From Yuukianura sp. NJ FZ-2021 (taxonomy: Eukaryota), in the NCBI GenBank assembly GCA_046563655.1, contig CM102285.1, forward strand, positions 7,626,001 to 7,690,000: a DNA stretch of 64,000 bases, in the 5' to 3' direction. The notes beneath the pieces are model-generated. The model worked only from the letters and a program-made list of their open reading frames with translations. It searched no databases and had not been told where the DNA came from. Position 1 is the first letter of the stretch. Each line of letters begins with the position of its first letter. The position numbers and the translations under genes were made by a program. Of the stretch, positions 14,680-28,887 are shown one piece after another.

Positions 14680-17373
14680 ACATTCTACAAACCTCTCGAA
14701 GGATGGAGCAATTGGAAGGCAGCTATCCCAGCTATCTCTTCCATGCAATCCTCATCCAGTGGCGAGTGGGAATGGGTTTCTTCCCAAACGCCACATTCTT
14801 CTCGTGCCAAACGGGACTTTGGTTGTTAATTTTTCAGTATTTGTTGGATCTCATGCAGGGATGGAAGCACAAACAGAACGTTGCTTTGTTGAGGCGTGAA
14901 TTTTAGTAATTTATCAAGAAATAATTTCACTTTAACCACTTAGCATCAATAGCAGAAATTAGAATTGGATTGTTCATCAACCCTTTCTTCATATTATTTT
15001 GTGCAAATCAGTTAGGACGTTAAAAATAATCAAAGGGGTGTTTTCAAATACCCAAGCAAAAAAGTCTCGCTGGAAATTTGAAAAGTGCTAAGTACATATA
15101 AACGAGAACAATTGGAAAGCGAAGATAGAAAAAGTAAGTTATCCTGTATCCTGTATGAAACCAATCAATAAATTTAATTTGCACTGAAAGGGTCGAATTT
15201 GAAAAAAGAAAAACTGACATTTTTTAGTCTAAATTAATTGAACGTTGCTTTTGTGTATATCTTGTTAAAAGTTAAAAACGATTTAAAATATCGAGTTATT
15301 TTGGAGGAGAAAAAGGAAAACAAAATTCGAAACCCGATTTTTGAAAAACGGAAGAAAGGTTGGAAATGTTTGAAAAAATGAAATTCTATCTTTGATGACA
15401 CTCAATGGCTTTTAGACTGAAGAAAGCGATTTCTAGAAGGATTTTTTTTATTTGAATGGAAATGGGGCCAGTGAAGACAGAGAAAGTGGAAAGTGAAATG
15501 TTTTTTATTAGACAAGAACAGCAGCCTTATTGTCCTCCATGACAGGAAACGAAATCATCTTCAAACTCAATTGCTTACTCCATTAAAACATCACTCACAC
15601 TTCACTTTTCTTTTTCAATTTACGTTAAGATTACTTTGTACTATTATATTAACTGCGACGTACTATTATATTAACTGCGACAATCCAAATCGTAGGAGCA
15701 AAAAATTCAAGGTCATTCGAATCAGTGTTTCACAACATCCGTCGAAATTCCGGAATCAAAATAATAGGCTGACAAACGCTGTTTTCAGATACGCTTCGAT
15801 ACAATAGTTTAACGGCCTTTGCATCCAAACTTCATTTCCCATTTTTCTAATTTTTCACAGCTTATCGCACATGCGTTGAGATCGGGTGGAAGTTTTTGGC
15901 GAATCTCCGGAAGCAATCCTTTTTCCACTTCCACCGTATCGCTGAGGTTGGGAGAACCTAAACTGAGTACACAGATTTTGCAGCACAGATTCTTTAAATA
16001 TTAGTCGTTAATTTGTCAAACATAGATATATTGTTAAGTTTGCGCTACCAAATAATTCAAAAAGTTTAGAGAAGATTGCCCCCGATCTTTGTTGGTAATC
16101 AAAACTATTTTAATTCGTTCGGGTCTACTATGCTGCAGCGAAGAATTGCCCAGAACGAACGAACCCAGAAACAAATTAATAAAAGGTTAAGTGAAAATTT
16201 GAGCAAAAAAAGACGAAACTTTTCATATTGAAAAGCAATCTCAACGTTGAAGCGGAAGTGTTAACTTTTCTTCCGTGAAGGCGACAGACAAAAAAATCCA
16301 ATTGAAATAAAAGTTGCTGGTTATGCATAGGGTCTCACTATCCGTGGTCTTGTTCCCTAAAGGCCCGCAAGCAATTGCTATTCAATTTTAATTAGAATTA
16401 CTTACTATATTTATTATTAGAAATCCTCTCATAAAGCCTAAACTTAATTTGTAATATCGCGAAAGTCATGGCATCACGAGCAAAATGTTTATGCTTATAT
16501 TTTAACTTAAATTACTGTAACTTACTTCTATCGCTTTCTATATGCTTTCTATCGTATTAGTAGACGTGTTTGTGTTAATTATAAATAAATTTTATTACTT
16601 CATTTTATTTTAAATTAGAGCGTGCAGAAGTCGCTTCTTCTTTGACGTCATTTAGTTGGGCACTTGAGTTCCTTTTTAAAGCTAAAAGTCTCATTCTTTG
16701 TCGGCTTAATTTTCTTTCCTTAACTTTCTTGTCTTCCAAAGATGTTTTGGACTTTCTCTCAAAGACTTTTTTCCTTCAGGTTATCCTAACGTTATGTTAA
16801 GGTTAGGGTAGGCTCTACTTTCTTGCGTGTCTCATTCCATTCCTTATTTCTTTTTGGAGGATTAGATCTTATGTGTTTTTTTTTCTAGTTTACAGGAATG
16901 AACTTGCATTGTGCCTTTGTTAGGTTTGGTTCACAATGAAATAAAACCAAAAAGGAATTTAGTGTGCCTCATCCCATCCAAGCTCAGAGATGGAAGTGGG
17001 ATTTAGTCGAAGGTTTAATACCCTCTGACCCTGCAATTACCTCCGTCTACCTCGACGTACGGAATTTATTTTCAGTAAAAGAACTGGAGTAGCAGCCATA
17101 TTGTTTTTTTTTTCAAAGAAACTAATTCTTTTTTGTTCAGTGTTGACGAAATCCGGAAAAGTTACTTCGGGTTCGGGTTTGTATATTATACTGCTAGGCT
17201 ACTCATGTTTCAAAAACAGAATTTAACAGCACGGAAAAGTGAAAGTTGCAAATGAACCAGGTTTTCCCCTCAACGTAGTTCCACCATCAACTTGACGAAG
17301 GTTTGAATTTTCCATTTTTTATTATATCCAGCGTGAAGTGATTTTTTTCAAAACTTTTAATTGTAAATTGCAG

Positions 17374-18201
17374 AGATACTTGTACTGGCTCTTCGCCTAA
17401 GACGAAGTAGTGGTTCCCTTAACAGGTATAATTGGGCAGTTTTTGAACCTACGTTGTGACTTTGATATTGAAGCTGACCAACTGCTTTCCGTCAAGTGCT
17501 ACAAAAATGACTACGAGTTCTTCAGCTACTCCCTACTCCCGTACAGAGCACTCACTAGCCAACCCTTCCAAGTCCCGGGAGTATTCGTCTAGGTAGAACT
17601 AATTTAACATGACTCCATGATCATTCATCTGTGATTTTAGGTTGACCTGACGTTGTTTTCCAGAGCAACGCCACAATGCATAAATTAACACATATGCTTA
17701 ACCCAACACTAAACTAAATCTAATTTGTAAATTAAAAAATAAATTGAAGTTGTATTTCCGAAACTTTATTTTGTTCTAGCTTGAAGGTCAGGAAGTGGTT
17801 ATCTACGATCCAGTAGTACGTGAGGTGAGGGTTAAGCATGTTCAACAAATTGACCTCTACACTTCAACGCTCGGTTCAAGGTATACCTTGAGCAATGTAT
17901 ATTTTCGACAATGGGTCAGCAAAGTCAACTGTTCTGCCAAAGTCGGAAACTTGATAAAACCGTATTCCGTAGAAGTCATCATTAAACACAAATTAAACTC
18001 TGCGGACACTGTGACTAGAATTGGATATAGAAACACTAATTCAGGCCGTATGCAATTGGAACGGAAAAGTCGTCGATGCTGACAATATCTCGATAATTCT
18101 TTATGTTGACTATTTTATTTCAGCTAAAACGTTTGTGCAATCGGTATACCTAACCTAATCATACTGTACTTTGTGTATTTTTGGATGGATCTTTTGGTTT
18201 G
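17374..18201 (+). pseudogene. Beaten path (Beat) family Ig-domain gene, disrupted
   Basis: Exon 17374-17592 encodes LRL/DEVVVP...LRCDFDIEADQLLSVKCYKNDYEFFSY...PGVFV (Beat Ig1 pattern) with a frameshift near 17400 and TAG before the GT donor. Exon from 17780 encodes LYTSTLG...VNCSAKVG (end of Beat Ig2). The middle exons appear to be missing. Confidence 0.7.
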
Positions 18202-21200
18202 AAGTATTGAAATGTATTTTTGTTTAACTGCGTACAAGTAAAAGACGTTGTCAGTTGCAAGAACATTTCACAGAAATAACAACGAACTAATTCATTGGTT
18301 GAAGTACTATTACAATGAGAAACTAAACAAAACGGTAACGTTTTCCTAACATTTCCTTGGATCTGCTTCTATATAAGGTCCTGAGGTTTCCCAAAATCCC
18401 AAATATATAAGTTTCCCAAAATAAGGTACTACCTTAGGTACAGGTACTACAGGTACTACCTTACGTAAGGTAAGCCTTAACCGTACTTTATATGCTTAAA
18501 CTCGAATACTTTTTAGTTGGAAATTCCAATTTTGGAAGTATACAACAACAAAAAGTTGATTAGGTTTAGTTATTTTGTCATTGTCTCAATTTTTCAAGAA
18601 AAAAAAACTGTAGTTCTGGACAGAAATATATCTCCGTTTTATAATTTATAGTACGAAGAAGACAGGAGACCGCTATGCGTTTTGAACCGTGGAGAAAGGA
18701 AGGACTTCTTCTTCGTTTTCAAATCCAAGAATTTTTGTTTTGAATCAAAATTTTGAATAAAAATAGTGCCCCGCAAGTTCTTCCACTTCCTCCAAAGAAA
18801 GTGCAAATCTCAGGATTTACCAAGTATTGAGTCCATGTCCTTTTGTCCGAAGGGGAAGCCGAGATTTGAAGAAAGAAGAAAAATGAGGCCATAAATCATG
18901 GTGACCGTGTCGACATGAATATTAACCTCAGCACGACGAACCATTTACCATGTCGCCATTGCTGCCATGTTCCAAATGCTGCCGGGAGACACCAATCGGA
19001 GAATTAAAAGAATTCACAACATTTGGCCAAAGACCAAAAATCAGTTCGAACATGCATCTCCTATTTTTTCTTCCGCAAGCAAAATTGCCCACTTTTGAAT
19101 TCCCCCAATTTTGGATTTAGCTTTTAAACTGTCTGTTTTTAAACATAAACGTTCTCCTGTCGGACCTAACCAAATTCAAAAATACAAGTAAATATCATGC
19201 AAGATTTATGAATTATTCAGTGCTTTGACTATTGTAAAAACTTGATTATAAAGTGAAAAAACAAGGCTATATCGTATTTTAGTTTTCGTTAAACATGAAA
19301 ACCCATACAGTTGCAACCTGAAAACGCCACCACAATTAAGAATGCAGATTTCTGGAATTGAAATTGCAAACATCAGTCGTGAGACAAATTCCACTTTGCT
19401 CTCTAATTCCCTACTCGTGCTTTGTGAACATGGGAATTGTTTCCTCAATTAGGTAGGGCTTACCTAATGTAGCTAATGTACCAAGCTTTGCCCAAAACTA
19501 CCCCGGGTTGGTATATTCTATTTGTATTTGTATTTGTATTTATTTCACTTCAAGTACCCTGCATGCAGGCCATTACACTTGAGTTTAAGTTAAAAAAAAA
19601 GATGTGTACATTAGTTAATTAGTAGGTCAATGAGGACAAATATATCTATAAGAAAATTTATTTGGATTGGTGAAAGGACACTAGTGAAAGCTAGACTTAG
19701 CTACGTGTTAGGACTGTAAGCGGAAGGCGGCACGGTTTGTCTGATGAGATGATTTGATTTACGATCTCGCTTCCGCACTTTCACTTAAACCAGCGCACCA
19801 ATGGTGAAAAGACTTCGGCTACCCACGGTCAAGGATGCTCCGCCACGGAAGGTAATAAAGTAGACGGAGGAGTTAGAAAGTGCTATTTTCCCCGTTGGAT
19901 TCCGTTGGCTCTGTGTACTTTCCAAGCAAACACACAGTTATCCATCTTCCCAAATGTAACCTAACCTAACCTAAATAATAAAAGGCACTTGAACCCTTCA
20001 TTTTTAGATGCTGAAGAAAGAGATTGAATCATAAATGAACAAACTGCCGTTTCATCTTCAAACTTTTTATTAATGTAAATAAATTATAACCGTCTTAATT
20101 CCTATTTTTCCTAAACTTCGTTAACCCAAAGTTAACTAAATCACATTTAAAAAATGAGACTACTGACTAAGAAAAGTTCGCCGGCTTTTTAAACGTATCT
20201 CCACTCCACGTTTTTTTTTGCTAACTGAACTGGGTATTATTTTTATTATTATTGTGTTATAGCAATACTATTATTATTTTATTAATATTATCATTATATT
20301 GTTATTATTTTCTTATTATAGACTACATAGCAGTATGCCGGTCCCTACAGGCTCGAAGTCCATGAACTTGAACTGGGTAGACAATTCGAAATATGAAATA
20401 TTGCAATACAATATTTCTGTTGAGAGACTTTTTTCGGCGTCAAGGCCTTTTCTTTTCGAAGAAAGCAATTCAAAAACGAGAAAGTATAGTTTAAAACGGT
20501 ATTTTTTTCAAAGATGACGATGTAAAAAAGTTAAAATTTTGTCATTCCTGTTTCGTTTCTTTATAACAGAAAGGAATATTCTTTAAAAGTGAAAGGAGAT
20601 CCAAAATATCCAAAAATTTTGGTTTCTGCTGGCGGGCCTATGGAAACTCTCCACGTTTTATTTTTCATAACTTTGGGGTTTTTATGACGAGCTTACACTA
20701 AAACAGCAGCGAGGCGAGAAGAAATAGGTGTTGTGCAAACACTGAGCGGAGAGTGTGATGATGATGAGACTTAAACACTCTCCGGGGATCACGAAGGCAT
20801 TTTGGCATGCTGAACATGAGAGCTTTTAAGAGCGGTTTCCAGGTGGGAATGGCCTTTGGGAAAACTTTTACCTATATCAACACGTCTTCTCATCTTTGGA
20901 ATTTCAAAAATATAAACATTTCCATTTTTTTTATTCCAAACCGTACAATGCTTATTTAATCAATGGGCATCTCAAACGCAAGTTGCCAACTATTAAGTCG
21001 ATATTATTTCTACTTCAGCGTGTTGCAAATATTATTGCTATTTTTAATACGATTTCTATTTAGAAAAATAAATATGTGTATTTACTGCGAAATTTCTAGA
21101 ACCAAAGAATTTGAGCATATTTTCCGCATATGTATTCATGAAGTATGGCCCATTTTTTGTTTTTTAAAGGCTTTCGTTTCTACTACTAAATGAAGGAAAA

Positions 21201-21837
21201 GGAGACGACACGCACGATATCATTCTCCATTTAGTAAAAGACAGAGCATCTTCTCCCGAAGGAACGTTTGCTTTCTCCAGTAGAGGAAACTGAAAATATT
21301 CCTATAATTCTGAAATTAAAAGTTTCGAGATTGAGATGACTTAACGATTTAACGATGAAAGAAGGAAGAGACGGCAAAAGTTTTGCAACATTGTACATTT
21401 AACTAAACAGACAAAATTCGTAGTAACCAGAGAGGTTATAAAATGGTAATGTTGGTGTTGTATCCACATACCTCCGTTACTCTGTGTTAGAGCAAAACAA
21501 GAAATATACGGTTGAGGAAAATCGATTATAATAGTGGATCTATAACTTTTGAGTTAAGTGAATTGTTCTAAGTAGTTTGACATTTTTCTGCTTGTCATGG
21601 ATGAGGCATGTACATCAAAGAATACAGATACCTATAGTAGAAGCGTCAAGCCCATGTACCACCGCGTAATGAGTTTTTATAAGTAGGTTTAGATATGGAA
21701 CCAATCAGGCTGCCAGAATTCGCCTCCAACAGCCAATCGAAGCGTCAGAATTCGCCTCCGTACATCACCCTATATCCTCCAAATCGCACCGCCTTCCACC
21801 CTGCCCTGCTGCTGTTGCAGAGGAGTTCCTTTATCTC

Positions 21838-22031
21838 CAGAGATCCCAGAAATATTTAGTCCCTATGCCCGTAATATTAACAAAATCAATATTTCGTTTT
21901 TTTTTTGTAAATATTTATTGATTTTGCCATGCCCTTAATGTTAAAAATGTAAATATTTCAACGTATTTCAATAAATAATTTAAATATTTAAATATTTCGG
22001 CTGTTTTTAGAAAATATTTCTGGGACCTCTG
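21838..22031. mobile_element. hAT MITE (194 bp)
   Basis: TIR CAGAGATCCCAGAAATATTT / AAATATTTCTGGGACCTCTG; perfect 8-bp TSD TTTATCTC. Confidence 0.9.
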
Positions 22032-23317
22032 TTTATCTCACAAGTTTCTTTGTGAAACGGGTGAGATTTGCAGCGAGTGGCAGACAAAGTTTTCATTACC
22101 GATTTTTTCCACCCTTTGGCGCTTCAATGGGGATGCTTTTTTCAATGCATGTACATACATTAAAAGGAAAAATTCAAGACTATTGTCACTATAACAAAGA
22201 GAGATATCGTCACATCAGCGATGAATAAAAGACGTTTTAGTGCTTTGGCTTGAGTTTGTTGTGCTGAACTACCTAGGATTAGCCACAAGCAAGTTAAATC
22301 TGCTTCCGTTGATAGAAACAGTTACAGTAGAGTTTTCCGCTTAGTCATTTGCCAAATACAAAACAAACTACTTTGAGAAGTACAAAACTCGCACCCGTAC
22401 ATTGGCGTTGAACTGGCAAAACAAGAAATGGCAAGTGGGGGAATTGCCAATGACAGTTTGACCTCAGATTCATGTAGTTTTCTAACCCCAGTGGTGTTCA
22501 ATTGCAATTGGTTTTGTATTTGGCAAATGGAATAAGTGGGAAACTCTACTGTATTCCCCAATTACTTTAAAATGAAGCGTATCGTCTTATTAGCGCAATG
22601 TATTCTTCTTTTGAGCTGCGTTTTACTAGTAATTTTAACAGGTACTAACGCCTATAATACATTAAATTAAACAAAGGAGAACTTTTTTTAACGAACAAAA
22701 TTTCGACTTATTTTGAACTTGACAAACTTGGAGGAAAGTCACCTGATCCATTTGAGAGGACTTTGCATGTAGTATGTCAAAAATGTCACCTGCTCCAAGT
22801 CAAGGTTGCTATAGCGGCCATTTATACAAATGCTTTAAGAGGTTTTGTCATAACTCCCATTTTTTTTAAAAACGAAAACAACAACTTTTAATCCAATTTT
22901 GTACCAATTTTGTTGAATAGCACACTAATTTTTTGAAATTTTATAATTTTCACGTTGCCGAGTCATAGTTCTGAATTTGTATTGCTAACGCAACGGAGCT
23001 GTATCAGATGTGTTGTTCAAAAAGTTTGAAATTTTAAAAGAAGCAGTTTTGACATAACCTTTTAAGCAAAAATAAACAAAATGAAAAGTATAATAGATTT
23101 AATTTTTACCTTTGAGCCACTTGATCAAATATGCATCAGACTGCATATAGTGGGCTGTCAGTTTAGAACCTACGGCATCCCTCAGCTAAGTAGGTGCAGA
23201 AAAAACAAAACGTTTTTTTAAGTAACTTCAATAGATGTAAACGAACATGTATCAAATTAGAATTTAAAAAGTAATTCAAAATCTGTAAGCAAAAAAACCT
23301 TGTCGATGACTGCCACC

Positions 23318-23701
23318 TAGTGCTTCAAGTTCGAGCCCGAAATGAAAAGTTCGAACTTCGAACCTAAGTTCAAACTTTCTGAAGAGCAAGTTCGAACTTT
23401 CGAGCCTTTTTTTACATGCAACAAGCAAGGGGCGGTGAAAAAAAAATGACGAGGGTGATAAATTTCGCACTTCACATCCGAAATGCATTTCACCCTGTAC
23501 GTAAATTCTTGTTCAAAAACTAACTTAAAACAATAGGCTTAAAGTGAACTAAACCTACTTTCTGTGGCAATATGCCTCGGTCTTTGTTGAAATCCATACA
23601 TTGTTGAATATTTGCCAATATTTGACGTGTAAGTTCGAACTCTTTTGGCTGAGGTTCGAACTTCGAACCCAGCAAAACAACCAGGTTCGAGTTCCGAAGT
23701 T
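23318..23701. mobile_element. Second copy of the 2805-3215 hAT MITE, right TIR missing
   Basis: Colinear and highly similar to 2805-3186; lacks the last ~30 bp; TGCCACC present on both flanks. Confidence 0.85.
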
Positions 23702-24120
23702 GTGCCACCTCTTTTTCTGTAAACACTGGAACGTTGGATTCACCCAGAATTGCATAAAGCTCAAGGAAAAACAAAAATACTAAGAAACTCGAGGTGTATG
23801 GTCCTTTTTTGTGGATTTTAACAGAATATTATCAAGTTAGAAAATTTAATTACAAAAAATTCAATCAAATTCGTAATTTAATAAAAAAAATCCTTCATTT
23901 TTGACGTAAACACGAAAAAAAAATTCAATCTCTATAGCTGCAGCTTCACAGAAGTGAACAGTGTGTCTATTGCTTGAATTTTAAGAACCAGATGACAATG
24001 ACAGTGCAGTGACTTAACTAGTTTTCAGGAGGGACAACTGCAGTACTGTTGACGAAAAACCCGATAGTACCACCTATGCGCAACCAAGGTATGTAAACCA
24101 GCAGAATGTTGACTTGTATA

Positions 24121-24325
24121 ACAGCAGGTTGTTCAATAACTCACCGTCGTTTTTTAATTTGTTAAATAATTTGCAAAATGTGCTTCGCCACGCCATTCTA
24201 TGGGAATGAAAATGATTTGTATGTAATGTAACGGAATTTGTCTACGGAAAACAACGGAAAGTTGTTTTGCTTTTCACTAAGTTTTTTTTTCATAAAACTC
24301 GGAGGTTAAATGAACAACCTGTTGT
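24121..24325. mobile_element. Possible small MITE
   Basis: Imperfect ~25-bp inverted repeat ACAGCAGGTTGTTCAATAAC / GTTAAATGAACAACCTGTTGT. Confidence 0.4.
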
Positions 24326-26133
24326 AGGAAATTCAAGTTTTTGGTTGTGCAAAACCAACAAAGGTTAACGTGTCATTGAACAGGTTTCTGATTGAAATTA
24401 TACGAAATTCAATGTTTTTATGCCATTCAAATTCAAGGCTTCTCTAGAACTTTTTTTAATGTTGTTCATTGTTGGAAGACTAATTTCGATTTTGCACAGT
24501 ATACATAAACGAAAAAGGGGGGGGCGGCGGTAAAGTACGACCCCTATAAGGATATATTACGTTAGTGGCATTTTTATCAAAAATCGTGTCATTTTTGCCT
24601 GTGAATTTTGGCGCCAACAATAACAGCCCTCTGGCGAGCTAAAAAAAACTGTGGTAGAGAAACTATAACGGGTTTTCGTATCCTGATGCATAGCGCTAGT
24701 TTTTTTAGGCTACAAGGGTTCTGCTGACCTTTGACCCTTGAATTCATTAATTTGTCCTGATGACGCTGAAGCCCAAATGCTTCTTTGATCACATTCTAAG
24801 ATTGTTCAAATGCATTTCAATTCTTAACTACCCCACTCAAGCTCAATCAATCAAAAGTCTCCCAGTAGTGCAGACAGATGCAAAAGTTTTGAATATGAAA
24901 AAAAAAAATCCGAAATGTAGCTCAACACCTTCAGGTTAAAATCTCTCTGTTCTTCGTAAATTTTGAAACGGTCGTCAGACGTGCTCCGCTGCCCTCTTTG
25001 ACTTCTAAAGCACGTTGTCATTTATTCCGAGCTCATAAAAATCTTGTTCTGTCGAGAGGGACTTGAAGGGTTCTATTATAGAAATTGAATCAATCTCTAA
25101 CTCAATTCGACACGCCTCTAAGTGTGTCAACAGGCCACTGCGGAGTTGCTTTTCAAATGACAGTGATGGGTCGCCAGACGTTAGAATCATTGTCACGGAC
25201 TTTTGTCAACCATAGGCTAGGTTAGGATTAGCTCATCGTTCAAAAGTCATCAATTGATCGCTCATCGATTAGCTATTTGGGAACGAAGTTGTCCCGACAT
25301 TATTGGGTAACCAAAATCAAGTCAATACATACTGGGTGAGCACTCATTGCATTTCCATAATCATAAGAAACATGCAATTGACATTAATCGTCTTTTACTA
25401 CGTAGCAAATGCAACTCCACCCAATGGATCCGAAAGTTAGTCGGGATATCGCTGGATAAAACTGGCTGTAGAGTCAGATTTGGTGTAAAACTGTAAAAAT
25501 TCGTAACATTCGGACTTGAATCATTCTAGTTGTTTCAACTAATTTTTTTACAGTGTTAATTGTGACAACTCTAAAGGATGAACTGTTGTAAAATTCGTAT
25601 GTATTTCTCAGAAATAATAACATTATTTATAGTTGGTTTTATGAAAATTCGGAAATAAATGGAAAGTGTCGTCACGCTTTTATATTGTCAATAGTATATG
25701 TGTAGCACCAAATGTAAGCAATCAGCCGATCCATTAAACTAAAAGTTTAATCATGATTAATCAGTAAATAGGTTATCCAACTAACAACATGGAAGTGCCA
25801 GTTTTCAACTTCATAGTATCTGGAACTGCTGGAAATTTATTATTGACTCATCAAATTCGAGCAGTGGAATTGCTCGCTACTTGGCAGCTGGAAGTGCGCA
25901 ATGAACTAAGGTTTGTTCGTTTAAAACTTCCGCAATTTACAAAAACCAACGCTTCCGATTTTCTCACCTAATTTATTTAATCCAAAATGCCAAATAGTAA
26001 AGCAATTCTCATTTTGCTTCTTCTTCTTCTTTTTTTTTTTTTTTTGCAAATTCGTGATCCCTTCAACTTCCAATAAAACTTAAAACCACAGAGGGAAAGG
26101 TTGACGGCCGAGTACTCCCAAGTCCCGAAATTT

Positions 26134-27374
26134 AGTCAATGTGTTGGGAGGCCAAAGCCCCCCCCCCCCTACGCCGCTTTTCTTTTGCACAATACGTTTT
26201 TCTTTTTGCACTTTTGTGCAAACTTTTTATATTTGGTTTTGGCCCATGCTCACTGTAGGTTCAAGAGTTTAATTAGTTTTCAAAAATAATTTTAAATAAT
26301 ATTTTGCGGTTTTGAGGTTTGAGTCCAAGTACCCACCTGAAAAATCCTCTCTTCTTTGCACTTTTATGCAATTTTTTAGTTTTTTTTGTAGCTTGGGCTC
26401 ATTTTAAACTTGGCATTTAATTTGGTTCTTAATTTTTTTGTGTTTCAAAATACTACTTTCCCGGAAGCTATCTTTCTCGGAAACTTTTTAAATAGTAAAT
26501 TCTCAAAAATGTTTCTTTGTAAACATCAGGTTCCTCTCTAAATATCTTTCGAAAATATTTTGAGATGACACAAGACCTAACATACGGTTCGTCTTGCACG
26601 TTTGCGGTTTTTTAATTGCCAATTACTTCCGTGTCACGATCGCTAATTAGAATGCACGAAAAAAACTTACGACAAGTTCAAGCAATGAAAACTTTTGACC
26701 TTGTGAGTTGATTGACTCGTGTACAAAAAGCAAACTTATTTGCAATACAAACCTAATTTGCAAGCACAAGGGCATTGGTGGGAGGCCTGATGTCTAGCTT
26801 TTCGCCGAGTGAATAACGTTTCACTCACCGCAAAAGCATTGCGTCACCATTTCAATGCCGCAATTTGACTAGTCGGCGTTTCCATCTAGTTGTTTATGAT
26901 GCGTGGAGTGTTGGTACGCAAGTTTATACGATACCCAGTACTCATTTTGGTATTGGTTTTTTCAAAATCACAAATCTCACCGACTAATTTCTGCCGCTAG
27001 TCGTCAACCTCGTTTACTATTGGTCCGCTGCTCCTTCTAAACTACACATACTAGTCGTTTTGAATGGGCAGGGAAATAGCTTTATCGCAAGTCAATTGCC
27101 CAAGGACGTTCAAATCCCTCGAGTTTGACGACAAAGCGCGTCAACCTAGCTTCTGATTGGTCGACGTTCGTTCCCAGTGGGCGTGGCCAGTACATTGCCG
27201 CAATTTGATTGGTCAAAGTCCCAAACCTTTTACCAATTTTCAGCCAATGGGCGTGCAGCTCGCTTCTGATTGGTCGACATGTCGTTCAAAAATGGCCTAG
27301 TCCCACCAATGGGAGTGGCTGGTCGCAAAATGTTTCAAAATCCTCTGCAAATTTTTTCTAGAAAGTGCAATAAA
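26134..27374. repeat. Left TIR of the Maverick-derived element
   Basis: Reverse complement of 29540-31017 except for the number of internal CCAAT repeat units. Confidence 0.9.
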
Positions 27375-27667
27375 CTGGTGTAATCATAAAAAAAATGAGA
27401 TGCAAACCACAGCCGGTCCACAAAAACCAAACATAATGTGGTTCAGAAATACTTGCCGCCTCAACGATTCGCTTAAAAACTAGTTTTAAATAAATCCAAA
27501 GTTAGACACAGTATTGGTTAGTATTGGTTTATTTCGCTTTAATGATGCTGGTTTTTATTTCAAGCTCATACCATACATTACACAAGATTATGAATTGTAT
27601 AAAGTACTGTGTTTGGAATACATATGAAGGAACGCTTTGAAATTTTAAGTTGCAAAAATTACTTAGT

Positions 27668-28887
27668 CTAAAAATTACTCGTAGATGCGAAACGCGTTAG
27701 TCCGCCTTCCCCAATTTCCAGTGTAACGTCTTCCACGACAATGGTGATAACCATTAGCTCTTCCTTTGTCTTTTCGTCAAAACTAAGGCCCAAGCAAATT
27801 GTCCAATTTTTCCAGGGTTGAACGTGTCTGATCGCAAGTTTTGAGTGTCAAACACAAAAATCGCATTGTCCTTTACAAATTGCTCATATGTAATGTCGTT
27901 TCCGTCGGTTCCATGTGAAATTAACTTGCACATGTTGTTGTAGGCCAGCATGTAATTTTTGTTTTCAAAGTTCATTTCCTCAAAAACAACTCCCTTTCCT
28001 TCGAATTTGAGCTTCATGTTTTTGATTCCATGTGGTTTGAAATTAAACGGTGACTTTTCGAGTTTGCCATTGACGACTTCGCTTGTCGTAATTGCAATGC
28101 AGAGAAGCTTTGGCCGAATTGCCGTAGGCATAATTTTTGGAATTTCAAATTCGGTGACCCCAACGGGTACATACGTAGAGAACTTGACGGCGTTGTCAAA
28201 ACAATACAATGCCATTTTCTTTTTTGCAAATGCGGTGCGAAGTTGAGTAGTCAACTTTTCATTTAGACGATATTGGCGAACGTAAAAGTCTGCACACTCC
28301 ACTTCAACCTTGTATTCAGTTGTAGAGGATGGTCCGCACAAGCAAAACTCTGGGTTGGTCCGTTGAATTTGAAAATTGAACCGTGTTCCTGGCGGGAAAA
28401 GTCTCGGCGAAGTGAAAATTCCAAGCATCGGGCGTCCAATCATCTCAAATTGATTACTTTTCTTTGCCAGCTCAAGTCGAGCTTTGAAACTTGGATTTGT
28501 GTCGTCAAAGTTATCCATAACATTGCCGGGAAAATAAATTTCCCTGGACAATGTACTGCTTTTCGAACCAACCCCTTGCTGAAGTTGAGTAAATATCCAA
28601 GCCTCGTACGGGAATGCCCTTGGCCCCTGGGCCACGACTTGCGTGTTGTTGACAACGACTTTAAAATCTTCGATAAATGTGTGAAAGAACAGATTTTCCG
28701 GAGCAACCTTGTCTGTGTCACCGAGTGCCGAACCATCTTTTTTTCGAATGGAAACTACAAATCTGAAAAACGAATCCGACAAATCCAGGTAGGCCATTTG
28801 CCAAAACAAAAAATGAATCGGATTTTCATTTCCTTTTGTGGCATAGTACGACTCTACTTTGAGATAATTGTCCAGCAAGCAAGACAC
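27668..28887 (-). pseudogene. Polinton/Maverick double-jelly-roll major capsid protein (PY/hexon), frameshifted near the C-terminus
   Basis: Motifs YLDLSDS, VAPENLFFHT, FPYEAWI, NGKLEKSPFNFKPH, AYNNM, FVFD match the Maverick MCP pattern. After a frameshift near 27795 the protein continues LGLSFDEKTKEELMVITIVVEDVTLEIG...* to 27668. Confidence 0.85.

Larger units (their letters stand above)
14250..14795 (-). mobile_element. TRIM with tRNA-derived LTRs (Helenus-like non-autonomous LTR retrotransposon)
   Basis: Direct repeats 14250-14497 and 14549-14795 (TGT...ACA ends; one substitution and one indel). The 51-bp spacer has PBS TGGCGCCCAACG (tRNA-Lys type) and a purine-rich PPT on the minus strand. 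4-bp TSD TTCT. Confidence 0.9.

Noticed and set aside
19518..19870. CTGATGAG as a hammerhead ribozyme core
   Set aside because: No GAAA or compatible stems follow it. The adjacent (TATTTG)n suggests a decayed LINE tail, too weak to call.
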